Shown: positions 48,590 to 57,443 of the stretch, in pieces
How the letters are laid out: each line of letters starts with the position of its first letter
How positions within the stretch are numbered: position 1 is the first letter of the stretch
DNA from: Thermoanaerobaculia bacterium
GTDB lineage: Bacteria > Acidobacteriota > Thermoanaerobaculia > Multivoradales > Multivoraceae
Reading direction: 5' to 3'
Length of the DNA stretch: 64,000 nucleotides
Assembly: GCA_963664405.1 (NCBI GenBank)
Contig: OY761158.1
Coordinates: forward strand, 64,001 to 128,000
Notes under the pieces: model-generated
What the model saw: the letters and a program-made list of their open reading frames with translations, nothing else
What the model was told of the DNA's origin: nothing
Database searches by the model: none
Made by a program: the position numbers and the translations under genes

Positions 48590-50905
48590 CTACGATCCTC
48601 CCACCCTCAGCCGAGCCAACTTGCGGCGAATGCCCTCGACATTCTCGTCGTCGATGGCCAAGGCTCGGGTGTAGAGCTCTTTTGCCTTCTGTGGGATATC
48701 GAGGGCGACATAGACATCGCCCAGATGCTCGAGAATGGTGGCATCCTCGGACATCAGCTTCGCCGCCTTTTCCAGCAGCTCCCTGGCTTCGGCGTAACGC
48801 CCCATCTTGAAGAAGGCCCAGCCCAGTGAGTCGATATAGGCACCATTGTCGGGCTCCAGGTCCAGCGCCCTCTCGATCAGCTCGACAGCCTCTTCCAAGC
48901 TCTCACCCTGATCGGCCCACATGTATCCGAGATAGTTGAGAGTACGACCGTCTTCCGGATCGACGGCCAGCACGCGCTGAAATTCTGTCGTCGCATCGTT
49001 CCAGCGTCCCAACCGCTCATAGGCCATCCCGAGCGAAAAGTGAAGATCCACAAGCGCCAGCGAGTCCTCTGCCCCGCCTTCCCCCTCCAGCGCGCGCTCC
49101 AGGACGGGAACCATTGCTTCGAAACGCGAGTCCCGCTGGTAGTACTGGACCAGTAGGAGAGCCGGCTGCGCTTCGCCTTGCGCCGCCAGGCCATCCAACA
49201 GCGCTTGGGCCTCGCCGTCGCGATCGAGCTCTTCGAGAATCTCGGCACGTTTGAGCAACAGCCGCTGTTTGTCGAGCTCGCTTCCCTGGCCGAAAAGCTC
49301 GGCTTCGGCAGCGAGAGAGGCCAGGGCCCCTTCAGCGTTGTCTACCTCAACATAGCTATCGGCGCGGAGGAACAGGACCTCTCGGCGAAGCACCGGATCG
49401 AGATCGACCTCCTCGTCATCGAGAAGCTCCCCGAGTACGACAACGACTTCTTCGTGATTCTGCTGTCGGAGATGGAACTGGGCCACCGCGAGCAGCGCCG
49501 ACACCTCCCCACTCGCCATCACACGGTCGAGAATTCGAGCCGACTCCACCGTTTCGCCCAGATCGAGAAGAATCTCGGCACGTTTCAGAGTCAGCGGAGT
49601 GCTCTCCTCGACTTCGTCCTCGAAGCGGCGGAGCAGTTGGACCGCCTCCCTTGCGCGCTCCATTCTCTGCAGCGCCTCGGCGGCGAAGAGTGCTCCTTCC
49701 ACCCGCAGGCGCGGCGCGCTAGCCGCCATCAACCTCTCCGAGGCAGCGAGAAGATCGGACCATTCCTCGTGCCGACCGTGTAGTCGAGCCACCTCCAGCC
49801 AAACTCGATCCGCAACCCGGCCCTTACTCGCACCCGCGTTCAGCTCTTCGGCCAAGGACGAGAGCAAGTCGGCGGCCTCCACCACTTCGCCCTCTTGCTC
49901 CAGAAGCTCAGCGAGTCGCGTTACCACTCTGAGACGGAGATCCTCGGGCGCAACTTCGTTCAGGCTTCTCAGTACTTCGATCGCTTCGAGGCGGCGCGAC
50001 TCACCGGCAAGAATCTGCCCTCGGAGAAACAGGGCTTCGAGGTGAGTTGGCTGCTGGTCGAGGATCTCTTCGACAACGACGCTGGCTCTGGCCAGGTCCT
50101 CGAGCTGGGAGGCCCTGGTTGAACCTCCCGAAGCTGCCCTTCTGTATAACTCGACAGCCAGCAGGTAGTCAGTATCGCCGTCGTCCGATCGGTCGGGCGG
50201 AGCCCCTTCGAGAAGCTGCACCGCCTCGTTGTGCTGCCCGCGCGCGCTGAAAATTCGGGCAAGGGCGACCCGTCCTTCGACAAAGGTCGGGTCGAGCCGA
50301 AGAATCTCGGGCAGTACGACAAGAGCTCTTTCGTCGTCGCCGGAGCGCACCAGGGCCTGCAGTAGCATGCGGTGGATCCGAGGGTCATTGGGTCCATAGC
50401 CGCTGGCCTCTTCGGCCACGTCGAGTGCCGCGGAGGCGTCGCCCTCGTTGAGGTAGATCTGGGACAGAGTCAGCATCGAAGCCGTATCACTGGGATCAAT
50501 CCGCCGCAGACGCTCGAAGACAGTCTTGGCTACCGCCAGCGAGCGAGGGTCCCTAGATGCCAGATCGAGGCGAATGTGTCCCGCTAGGCGCAACGCATCG
50601 GTATTCTCCGGTGCAAGCTCCAGGGCACGGTCGGCCTCTTCCGTGGCCTGACGGCGGCGCCCGGTTCGACTGAGGAACTCAGCGTACTCCATCCGCAGAT
50701 AGGCATCCTCGGGCTCCAGATCAATCGCCTTCTTGAAGGACTGGATCGCCTCGGGATAGGAGCCCTCTGCAGCAAAGACTTTGGCGAGAGTGAAGTGAAA
50801 GGAAGCACTCTCTCGAGCGACCCCGACACTGACCCCCAGAAGCAGCGCGAAGAAACTTAAAACACCGATGCGAACGGTACTTCTCACCGGCGTAGAGCCT
50901 ACCAC
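48590..50905 (-). CDS. Exported tetratricopeptide repeat protein
   Basis: Signal peptide, many TPRs and C-terminal LNYLGY.WAD...YIDSLGW..FK.G...EHLGD. Confidence 0.9.
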   Translation of the reverse strand: MVGSTPVRSTVRIGVLSFFALLLGVSVGVARESASFHFTLAKVFAAEGSYPEAIQSFKKAIDLEPEDAYLRMEYAEFLSRTGRRRQATEEADRALELAPENTDALRLAGHIRLDLASRDPRSLAVAKTVFERLRRIDPSDTASMLTLSQIYLNEGDASAALDVAEEASGYGPNDPRIHRMLLQALVRSGDDERALVVLPEILRLDPTFVEGRVALARIFSARGQHNEAVQLLEGAPPDRSDDGDTDYLLAVELYRRAASGGSTRASQLEDLARASVVVEEILDQQPTHLEALFLRGQILAGESRRLEAIEVLRSLNEVAPEDLRLRVVTRLAELLEQEGEVVEAADLLSSLAEELNAGASKGRVADRVWLEVARLHGRHEEWSDLLAASERLMAASAPRLRVEGALFAAEALQRMERAREAVQLLRRFEDEVEESTPLTLKRAEILLDLGETVESARILDRVMASGEVSALLAVAQFHLRQQNHEEVVVVLGELLDDEEVDLDPVLRREVLFLRADSYVEVDNAEGALASLAAEAELFGQGSELDKQRLLLKRAEILEELDRDGEAQALLDGLAAQGEAQPALLLVQYYQRDSRFEAMVPVLERALEGEGGAEDSLALVDLHFSLGMAYERLGRWNDATTEFQRVLAVDPEDGRTLNYLGYMWADQGESLEEAVELIERALDLEPDNGAYIDSLGWAFFKMGRYAEARELLEKAAKLMSEDATILEHLGDVYVALDIPQKAKELYTRALAIDDENVEGIRRKLARLRVGGS

Positions 50906-50960
50906 GCAGCCACCGACGACGACAACGAGATCGATCCGGTTTCGACCCCTACGAGATCGC

Positions 50961-51112
50961 CCTAAGCCCTTTTTTACTAGCTACTTAGGCCGCAGACCCG
51001 TAATGCGGACCGGGGCGACGCACCCCCTACGGCTCAGCCCTCCCCCACCCGGCGGCCCCTCCTGTCAACGCTTTTCGATGCCGCCTAAAGCGTAGAGGGT
51101 GCGAGGCTTAGG
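50961..51112. promoter_or_regulatory. Two palindromic CCTAAR-N17-CTTAGG sites upstream of the HU gene
   Basis: CCTAAG(50961-66)-17 nt-CTTAGG(50984-89) and CCTAAA(51084-89)-17 nt-CTTAGG(51107-12). Confidence 0.55.
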
Positions 51113-51116
51113 TCCG

Positions 51117-51146
51117 TTGACACTCGATCTCTGGCACTGCTACACT
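51117..51146 (+). promoter_or_regulatory. Sigma-70-type promoter for the HU gene
   Basis: TTGACA (51117-22), 18 nt, then TACACT (51141-46) preceded by TG; GGAG RBS at 51157-60. Confidence 0.7.
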
Positions 51147-51167
51147 CCCGCCGCTCGGAGCCCATTC

Positions 51168-51434
51168 TTGATCAAAGCTGATATCGTCAATCGCGTGGCG
51201 GAGGCGTCTCGTGTGTCGCGCGTCAAAGCTGCGATTGCCGTCGACACGGTGATCGATGGCATCAAAGACGCTCTGCGCCAGGGAAAACGAATCGAGCTCC
51301 GGGGCTTCGGAGTGTTCCAGGTTCGAGACCGAAAAAGCGGCGTTGGCCGCAACCCCAAGACCGGAGTCGAGGTAGAGATCGCACCCGGCAAGACCGTTCG
51401 CTTCAAGCCCGGCAAGGAGCTTCGGGACCTCTGA
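51168..51434 (+). CDS. hup: HU/IHF family DNA-binding protein
   Basis: MIKADIV...IELRGFGVF...GRNPKTG.EV.I.....VRFKPGKEL; TTG start at 51168. Confidence 0.93.
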   Translation: MIKADIVNRVAEASRVSRVKAAIAVDTVIDGIKDALRQGKRIELRGFGVFQVRDRKSGVGRNPKTGVEVEIAPGKTVRFKPGKELRDL

Positions 51435-51487
51435 ACGGGCGCGAGGCCACCCCCGCTTCCGTCGACGGGGGGCTGCCGCGGCACAAC

Positions 51488-52621
51488 TTGCTTGGCCCGC
51501 CGGAGCGGCTGCGGGTTGGCGCAGCCGACCGGCAGCCTGTCCAAAGTCCGACGCGCTACCGTCTCGCGCTGGTGCTCCTGCTTCTGACGCTGTTCACGAC
51601 GACGACTCTCGGCGGCATCGTCTATAGGGGCAGTCGAACCGACACTACGACGGAGCTTTCTCCCATCCTCTCGCCGCAAACGGTGTCGAGGGTCTGGAGT
51701 GACACGGAGCTCGTGGGGCTGGGCCTGTGTTTCTCGCTGCCGCTGCTGATCATTCTGCTCAGCCACGAGCTCGGCCACTATCTTGCCTGTCGCTACTATG
51801 GTATCGCCGCCACGGTCCCCTATTTCCTGCCGGCTCCCTTTTTCATTGGCACTTTCGGGGCTTTCATTCGTATCCGCGGCCGGATCACGAACAAGACCCA
51901 CCTCTTCGACGTCGGAATTGCGGGGCCCCTCGCGGGCTTCGTCGCCCTGCTTCCGTTTCTTGTTCTCGGCATTGCCTGGTCCGAGCCTGGCTTGATTCAC
52001 CCTGCCGCCGGAGCCGCTACGGCCGACGCTCTCCTCTACAAGCCGGGAAGCAACCTCGCCTTTCTCGGCCTCGGCTTAGTCATGCACGGAAATCTCCCGG
52101 ACAACGGTGTCCTCGACCTTCATCCCTTTGCCCTCGCTGCCTGGGTGGGCCTCCTTGCTACCAGCCTAAACCTCCTCCCCCTCGGTCAACTGGATGGGGG
52201 CCATCTCCTCTATGCGAGCGCGAGCCGGCTTCATCGTCGTGCAGGCTGGCCGATATGGCTTGCTCTCTGCGGGTTGGGCGTGATGTGGAACGGTTGGTTC
52301 TTGTGGTGCTTGTTGGTCCTGATAATCGGACTCCGTCATCCGCCGGTTGCCGAGGATAGTGCGCCCCTCGCCGCTTCCCGACGCCCCCTCGCCGGATTGG
52401 CGCTCGTCATCTTCATTCTCTCGTTCACTCCTCAGCCTCTGTCCGTGGTTTTCGTTCGCGACCCCCCGGGACTCCTGGTCGAGGTGGCGACCGAGCTAGT
52501 GTCCTGTACCCGTAGTTCGTCCCACAACTCGCTGGCCCTTTTGCGCGCTGCCGTCGTTGCGCCTCCTCGCAATATTGCCCAATATGCCTTCGTCGTAGCG
52601 CCTTGGCAGCACCCAAAATGA
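51488..52621 (+). CDS. Site-2 protease (M50 family) whose C-terminus is derived from an inserted repeat
   Basis: HELGH, IGTFGAFI, IAGPLAG and NLLPLGQLDGGH motifs. The last ~41 codons lie inside repeat copy C. Start uncertain. Confidence 0.9.
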   Translation: MLGPPERLRVGAADRQPVQSPTRYRLALVLLLLTLFTTTTLGGIVYRGSRTDTTTELSPILSPQTVSRVWSDTELVGLGLCFSLPLLIILLSHELGHYLACRYYGIAATVPYFLPAPFFIGTFGAFIRIRGRITNKTHLFDVGIAGPLAGFVALLPFLVLGIAWSEPGLIHPAAGAATADALLYKPGSNLAFLGLGLVMHGNLPDNGVLDLHPFALAAWVGLLATSLNLLPLGQLDGGHLLYASASRLHRRAGWPIWLALCGLGVMWNGWFLWCLLVLIIGLRHPPVAEDSAPLAASRRPLAGLALVIFILSFTPQPLSVVFVRDPPGLLVEVATELVSCTRSSSHNSLALLRAAVVAPPRNIAQYAFVVAPWQHPK

Positions 52622-52662
52622 CTGCGCGATTTATGCAACGAACCACTGATACAGGACACTGG
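52496..52662 (-). mobile_element. Palindromic MITE-like element, copy C (167 bp, TIR type 2)
   Basis: Reverse-orientation near-copy of B and D, bounded by CTAG/CTGG. Confidence 0.9.
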
Positions 52663-52712
52663 CTGCCCTCTCGAGCTCGTAGCCTACAAAGCAGGACCGG
52701 ACGCAGAAGCCC

Positions 52713-53150
52713 TCAGATCTCGAGGATGAAGGTTACAGGCCCGTCGTTTACCAGCTCCACGGCCATATGCGCCCCGAACCGGCCCGTGGCGACGGTAAAT
52801 CCGCGTTGGCGAAGGCTCGACACCAGCTCTTGAAATAGCGGCTCAGCCCGCTCCGGCCGCGCCGCCTTGTCGAAAGACGGACGCCGGCCCTTGGCGGTCG
52901 AGGCGGCCAGAGTGAAATTCGGCACCAATAGGAATTCCGCACCCCCACTTCCGGCGGACCGGTTCATCAAACCCCTGTCGTCAGGGAAGACGCGTAGCTC
53001 TGAGACCTTGGTCGCAGCCTTGGCGACGGTCTCTGCATCGTCTCCAGCCTCGACTCCGGCGAGCACCACGAGGCCTACTCCGATTCTGCCAATCTCCTCG
53101 TCGTCGACTCGGACCGAAGCCGAAGTGACCCGCTGCAAGAGGAGTCGCAA
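52713..53150 (-). CDS. dtd: D-aminoacyl-tRNA deacylase
   Basis: LQRV..ASV, LRVF.D..G.MN.S, NFTL, KGRRPSF and FGAHM.V.LVNDGPVT motifs. Confidence 0.95.
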   Translation of the reverse strand: MRLLLQRVTSASVRVDDEEIGRIGVGLVVLAGVEAGDDAETVAKAATKVSELRVFPDDRGLMNRSAGSGGAEFLLVPNFTLAASTAKGRRPSFDKAARPERAEPLFQELVSSLRQRGFTVATGRFGAHMAVELVNDGPVTFILEI

Positions 53151-53239
53151 GATTGTCGTCTCTTAAGGTAGTCGGAGGCGATGGATGCACCGCTCCGAGG
53201 GTATGTATGATAGCCATTAACTGAGAAGGAGATCTGCAG

Positions 53240-53668
53240 ATGGTCAACAAAGTAATTCTCGTCGGCAACCTGGGTCGTGACCCTGAGCTCCGTTCAACCA
53301 CATCCGGACAGCAGGTCGCCTCTTTCAGTCTTGCCACCAATCGACGCTGGAAGGATCGCGACGGCAATCGACAGGATCAGACCGAATGGCACAACATCGT
53401 GTGTTGGGGCCGCCAGGCCGAAGTAGCCGCCCAGTACCTGACCAAGGGCAAACAGATCTACATCGAGGGCCGCATCCAGCAAAGCTCGTGGGACGACCGG
53501 CAGACTGGCGAGAAGCGCTACAAGACCGAGATCGTATGCGAGAATTTCCAGATGATGGGCAGCCGAAGCGACTCCGGTGGCGGATTCGGCGATCAGCGCT
53601 CACCTTCGCAGGAGCCCGAGATTGCTCCTCCCTCGGGCGCTGCCGATGACGACGACATCCCTTTCTAG
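53240..53668 (+). CDS. ssb: Single-stranded DNA-binding protein
   Basis: [27 protein letters not shown] and C-terminal DDDDIPF. Confidence 0.97.
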   Translation: MVNKVILVGNLGRDPELRSTTSGQQVASFSLATNRRWKDRDGNRQDQTEWHNIVCWGRQAEVAAQYLTKGKQIYIEGRIQQSSWDDRQTGEKRYKTEIVCENFQMMGSRSDSGGGFGDQRSPSQEPEIAPPSGAADDDDIPF

Positions 53669-53830
53669 ACCAGCGTTTCCAAAGTTCGCGCACATATCTC
53701 GGCCCCTTCTGCCCGCTGCCGGCGTTGCGCCTCCTCGACATATTGCCCAATATGCCTGCGTCGGCGCGCCTGGCCAGCGAACAGAATGACCTCGAGCTAT
53801 GGTGCACGAACTTCGGAAACGCTGGTCTAG
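53665..53830 (-). mobile_element. Palindromic MITE-like element, copy E (166 bp, TIR type 3)
   Basis: Ends CTAGACCAGCGTTTCC...GGAAACGCTGGTCTAG. Core is homologous to copy A. The left CTAG contains the ssb stop. Confidence 0.85.
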
Positions 53831-53855
53831 TGCTGTGTCTCCGACACGGCACTAG
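53827..53855. repeat. Collapsed remnant of a type-1 element (TIR ends only)
   Basis: CTAGTGCTGTGTCTCCGACACGGCACTAG equals the left end of copy A (one mismatch) joined to its right end at the shared GACA. Confidence 0.8.
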
Positions 53856-53905
53856 CACCGACAACGACCCCCTGGCCTCCGCCGGGTCCTCCCGGACGGG
53901 GGGCC

Positions 53906-56533
53906 CTATGACGGCGGCTCGGTCAAGCGGCTCTTCAGGGTGTGGAGTAGGTTGAGTGCGGCAAGAGGGCTGAGCTGATCTACATCTAGATCGCGCAGTA
54001 TCGAGGCCACCAACTCCTCCGGCGGCGCGAACAGCGCCATCTGGCCGACGCTCCGCGGCCTCTCGTCCGAGCGGCTCTGGGCCAGGCGCGGTGTCCCGGT
54101 CAGATCGTACTCCTGCCGCTCCAGGTTCTCCAAGATCTCGGAAGCGCGCTCCAGCACCGGAGGCGGGAGACCGGCCAGCCGGGCAACCTGGATTCCATAA
54201 GAGCGCTCAGCGCTTCCCGCTACTACCCGGCGCAGAAAGACGATGCGCTCGTCCCACTCTTTGACCGCCATGGTCCGATTGGCGACTCGAGGCAGGAGAC
54301 TCGCTAGCTCGGTGAGCTCGTGGTAGTGGGTTGCGAACAGGGTCTTGGGACCACACACGTCGTGCAGATACTCGACAATCGCCCAGGCCAGCGAAAGCCC
54401 GTCAAAGGTAGCGGTTCCTCTTCCGACCTCGTCCAGGATCACCAGGCTGTGCGAGCTCGCATAGCGCAAGATGTTGGAGGTCTCGAGCATCTCGAGCATG
54501 AAGGTCGACTCGCCCCGGGTAAGGTCATCGCTCGCCCCGACCCGAGAGAAGACCCGGTCGACTACGCCGATCTCCGCGCTCGCCGCGGGGATGAAGGAGC
54601 CCGCCTGTGCCATCAACACAATGAGCGCGACTTGGCGAAGGTAGGTCGATTTGCCTCCCATATTCGGGCCGGTCAGCAGAACGATCTGGGCGTCCTCTCC
54701 CCCCAACTCGGTGTCATTGGGCACAAACTCCTCTCTTAGCAGAGCCTCGACCACGGGGTGACGCCCCTCTCGAATCAGGATGCCCTCACCAGCCTCGAGC
54801 ATCCGAGGACGACAATAGCGGTGGCGCGTAGCGACTTCGGCCAGCGCAGCCAACGCATCGAGCTCGCTGACAGCGGTCGCAAGTTCTCGCAATACCGACG
54901 CGGCGGCAACGATCGCAGCAAGGATGAGTGCGTATTCTTCGCGCTCGAGCTCCTCCACTCGCCCCTCGGCACCAAGGATCTCTTCCTCCAATTCTTTGAT
55001 CTCGGGGGTTATGTAGCGCTCCGCGTTGCTCAGGGTCTGCTTGCGAACGTAGTGGCTCGGGATCGCCGCCTGGTTGGACTTCTTCACCTCGAGGTAATAC
55101 CCGAAAACCCGGTTGTAACCGACCTTCAACGATTGGATACCACTCGCGTCACGCTCCCTCGCCTCCAGGCCAACGATGTGCTGCTTGGAGTCGTGGAGTA
55201 ATGAGCGGCAGCGGTCCAGCTCCTCGTTCACCTCGCCGGCAATGACCCCGCCCTGTCGTAGAGCGGTCGGAGGCTCGTCGGTCAGGCTGACTTCGAGCCG
55301 CCGGCGAAGCTCCTCCGCCGGCTCTATCCCCGCAACCGCTACCAGCATGCCCGAACGACAGCTTGCGATCTCCCCGACCAGGTGCCCGATCTCGATCAAA
55401 GAGTCCCTCAGAGCTCCGGCCTCACGAGGCCTCAGACTTCCAAGGACCGCACGCGAAAGAAGCCTTTCGATATCGGCTACCCGGGCCAGGCGTCGTCCGA
55501 TCGCTGCGCCGGTCTGGCGGTCCTCGACCAGCTCCTCGACGGCGTCGTGACGGCCCCGAATCTGTTCTCGGTCGAGGAGCGGGCGAAGTAGCCAACTTCG
55601 GAGTCGGCGGCCCCCCATCGCCGTCCGAGTCTCGTCGAGGTGCGCGAGCAGTGTGCCGCGCCTCTTCTCACCGCGCTGACTTCGTAGCACTTCCAGGTTC
55701 TGGAGGGTGGTGTCGTCGAGAAGCAGGAACTCTTGCGACTGGTGAAAGTGCAGGTCCGCGATATGGCTGAGATCGCTGTGCTGTGTCTCCTGCGCGTAGG
55801 TGAGGGCAGCCGCAGCAGCCAAGGCAGTCGGCTCTTCGCCGGAAAGGCCGAAGCCGCGAAGGCTCGAGACCTGGAAGTGCCCTTCGAGGATCCGCTTTGC
55901 GGCGGCAGGCCTCAGCGCCTCGTCCTCGGGCACCAAGGTCCGGCAGACCCCCTGGAGCTCAGCCCACTCGGTGATCTCCGGAGGGCACTCTTCTTTTGTG
56001 AACAACAATTCTCTGGGCCGAAGAAGCGAGAGCTCCTCGAGCGCGGCGGCGGGGCTACCCCAAGCATGGGCCACCAGCTTCCCGGTCGAGACATCCAGAA
56101 ACGCACCGGCGCCGCCGGCCTCCTGCCAGCGCACTGCGCACAAGAGATTGTCCTCTTTGCCCTCGAGCAGCTCCGGCTCGCTGAGCGTTCCCGGTGTCAC
56201 CACTCGGGTGACTTCTCTTCGAACCAGACCCTTGGCCTTTGCCGGGTCTTCCACTTGATCGCAGATGGCTACCTTGAACCCTGCTCGCACCAGTTTTCCG
56301 AGATAATTCTCCAAGGCGTGGTGGGGAACGCCGCACATCGGCGCCTCATTCTCGGTACCCTTCTGGCGAGCCGTGAGGGCGATCTCGAGAATCGGCGCGG
56401 CCTTCTCCGCGTCCTCGAAGAACATCTCGAAGAAGTCCCCCATTCTGTAAAACAGGATGGTGTCGGGATGCTTCGCTTTCACCTCGAGGTATTGGCGAAG
56501 CATGGGGGTGAGCTGCGTTGAGCTCGAAGGCAT
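53906..56533 (-). CDS. mutS: DNA mismatch repair protein MutS
   Basis: TPM.RQY, YRMGDFFEMFFEDA, TGPNMGGKSTYLRQ, DEVGRGT, FATHYHEL and SYGI.VA.LAG motifs. ATG 56533. Confidence 0.97.
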   Translation of the reverse strand: MPSSSTQLTPMLRQYLEVKAKHPDTILFYRMGDFFEMFFEDAEKAAPILEIALTARQKGTENEAPMCGVPHHALENYLGKLVRAGFKVAICDQVEDPAKAKGLVRREVTRVVTPGTLSEPELLEGKEDNLLCAVRWQEAGGAGAFLDVSTGKLVAHAWGSPAAALEELSLLRPRELLFTKEECPPEITEWAELQGVCRTLVPEDEALRPAAAKRILEGHFQVSSLRGFGLSGEEPTALAAAAALTYAQETQHSDLSHIADLHFHQSQEFLLLDDTTLQNLEVLRSQRGEKRRGTLLAHLDETRTAMGGRRLRSWLLRPLLDREQIRGRHDAVEELVEDRQTGAAIGRRLARVADIERLLSRAVLGSLRPREAGALRDSLIEIGHLVGEIASCRSGMLVAVAGIEPAEELRRRLEVSLTDEPPTALRQGGVIAGEVNEELDRCRSLLHDSKQHIVGLEARERDASGIQSLKVGYNRVFGYYLEVKKSNQAAIPSHYVRKQTLSNAERYITPEIKELEEEILGAEGRVEELEREEYALILAAIVAAASVLRELATAVSELDALAALAEVATRHRYCRPRMLEAGEGILIREGRHPVVEALLREEFVPNDTELGGEDAQIVLLTGPNMGGKSTYLRQVALIVLMAQAGSFIPAASAEIGVVDRVFSRVGASDDLTRGESTFMLEMLETSNILRYASSHSLVILDEVGRGTATFDGLSLAWAIVEYLHDVCGPKTLFATHYHELTELASLLPRVANRTMAVKEWDERIVFLRRVVAGSAERSYGIQVARLAGLPPPVLERASEILENLERQEYDLTGTPRLAQSRSDERPRSVGQMALFAPPEELVASILRDLDVDQLSPLAALNLLHTLKSRLTEPPS

Positions 56534-56566
56534 AGCGGCCGAGTATAACTGCGTATACTCGGCCCG
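56534..56566. promoter_or_regulatory. Palindromic back-to-back -10 elements (putative bidirectional leaderless promoter)
   Basis: GGCCGAGTATA-ACTGCG-TATACTCGGCC (56537-56564). TATACT lies 8 nt before the mutS ATG and 7 nt before the tsaB ATG. Confidence 0.7.
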
Positions 56567-57265
56567 ATGTCGCTCGATTCCGGGACCTCCCGACCTTTTC
56601 TCGCACTCGACACCAGCTCTCCCACTGTGAGTGTGGCGGTCGCCGCCGAAGACAGGGTCTTGGCGGAGGAGTTCGTCGCGCAGAGAGAGTCGTCGAGCTT
56701 GCTCCTGGGTATGGTCGAGAACGTTCTGGGCCAGAGCGGCTGCGAGCTGAGCGATCTCGCCGGCGTCTGTGCTCTGCAGGGGCCAGGAAGCTTTACCGGT
56801 CTTCGCATTGGGCTCGCGACTACCCTCGCTTTCCACCAATCCCTAGCCCTTCCCGCGACTGCGATTCCCACCCTCCAAGTCCTGGCTGCCGCGTGTGCAG
56901 GCCTACCCAGCGCAATTCCACAGGACGGCGCCCAAGTCCTGGCGGTGATCGATGCGAGGCGAGGCGAGTGCTTTACGCAGGGCTTCAGGGTGACCCGGAG
57001 TGGCCCGATCGCGACGACCGACCCCGAGATCAAGTCTGTAGCAGCGCTCTTTGCGCCTCCATCGTGCACGGTGGTGGGCTTCGATATCGAGACCCTTCTT
57101 GCCTCCGCCGCCATTCCAGACGAACAGTTGCTCAGTGCCCCGCCCCTGGCCGGCCTCGCTGCCCTCCTCGCAGCCAGCCGGAACTGCTGGGACGCGTCAT
57201 CTCTGACCCGCCCGCTCTACCTTCGCCCGCCGCCGGCGAGTAAACGCCTCTCCCCCGCTTCTTGA
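56567..57265 (+). CDS. tsaB: tRNA t6A biosynthesis protein TsaB
   Basis: LALDTS, GPGSFTGLRIG, IDARRGE and PLYLRP motifs. Confidence 0.94.
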   Translation: MSLDSGTSRPFLALDTSSPTVSVAVAAEDRVLAEEFVAQRESSSLLLGMVENVLGQSGCELSDLAGVCALQGPGSFTGLRIGLATTLAFHQSLALPATAIPTLQVLAAACAGLPSAIPQDGAQVLAVIDARRGECFTQGFRVTRSGPIATTDPEIKSVAALFAPPSCTVVGFDIETLLASAAIPDEQLLSAPPLAGLAALLAASRNCWDASSLTRPLYLRPPPASKRLSPAS

Positions 57266-57443
57266 TCCTCCTATCAGCCGATGCTAGCCTTCCCTTGTTG
57301 CCGATCCCGCTCAACACGAGCTCGATAAGAGACCAGGGGCTTCTTCTGCCCCCGGCGGGACGCGAGTCCGCCGCACTGACGCCATTCTCGACGCTTCAGA
57401 TGCGCCCGGTCCGAAGACCTTTCAAAAAGAGGAGCAGAAGAAG

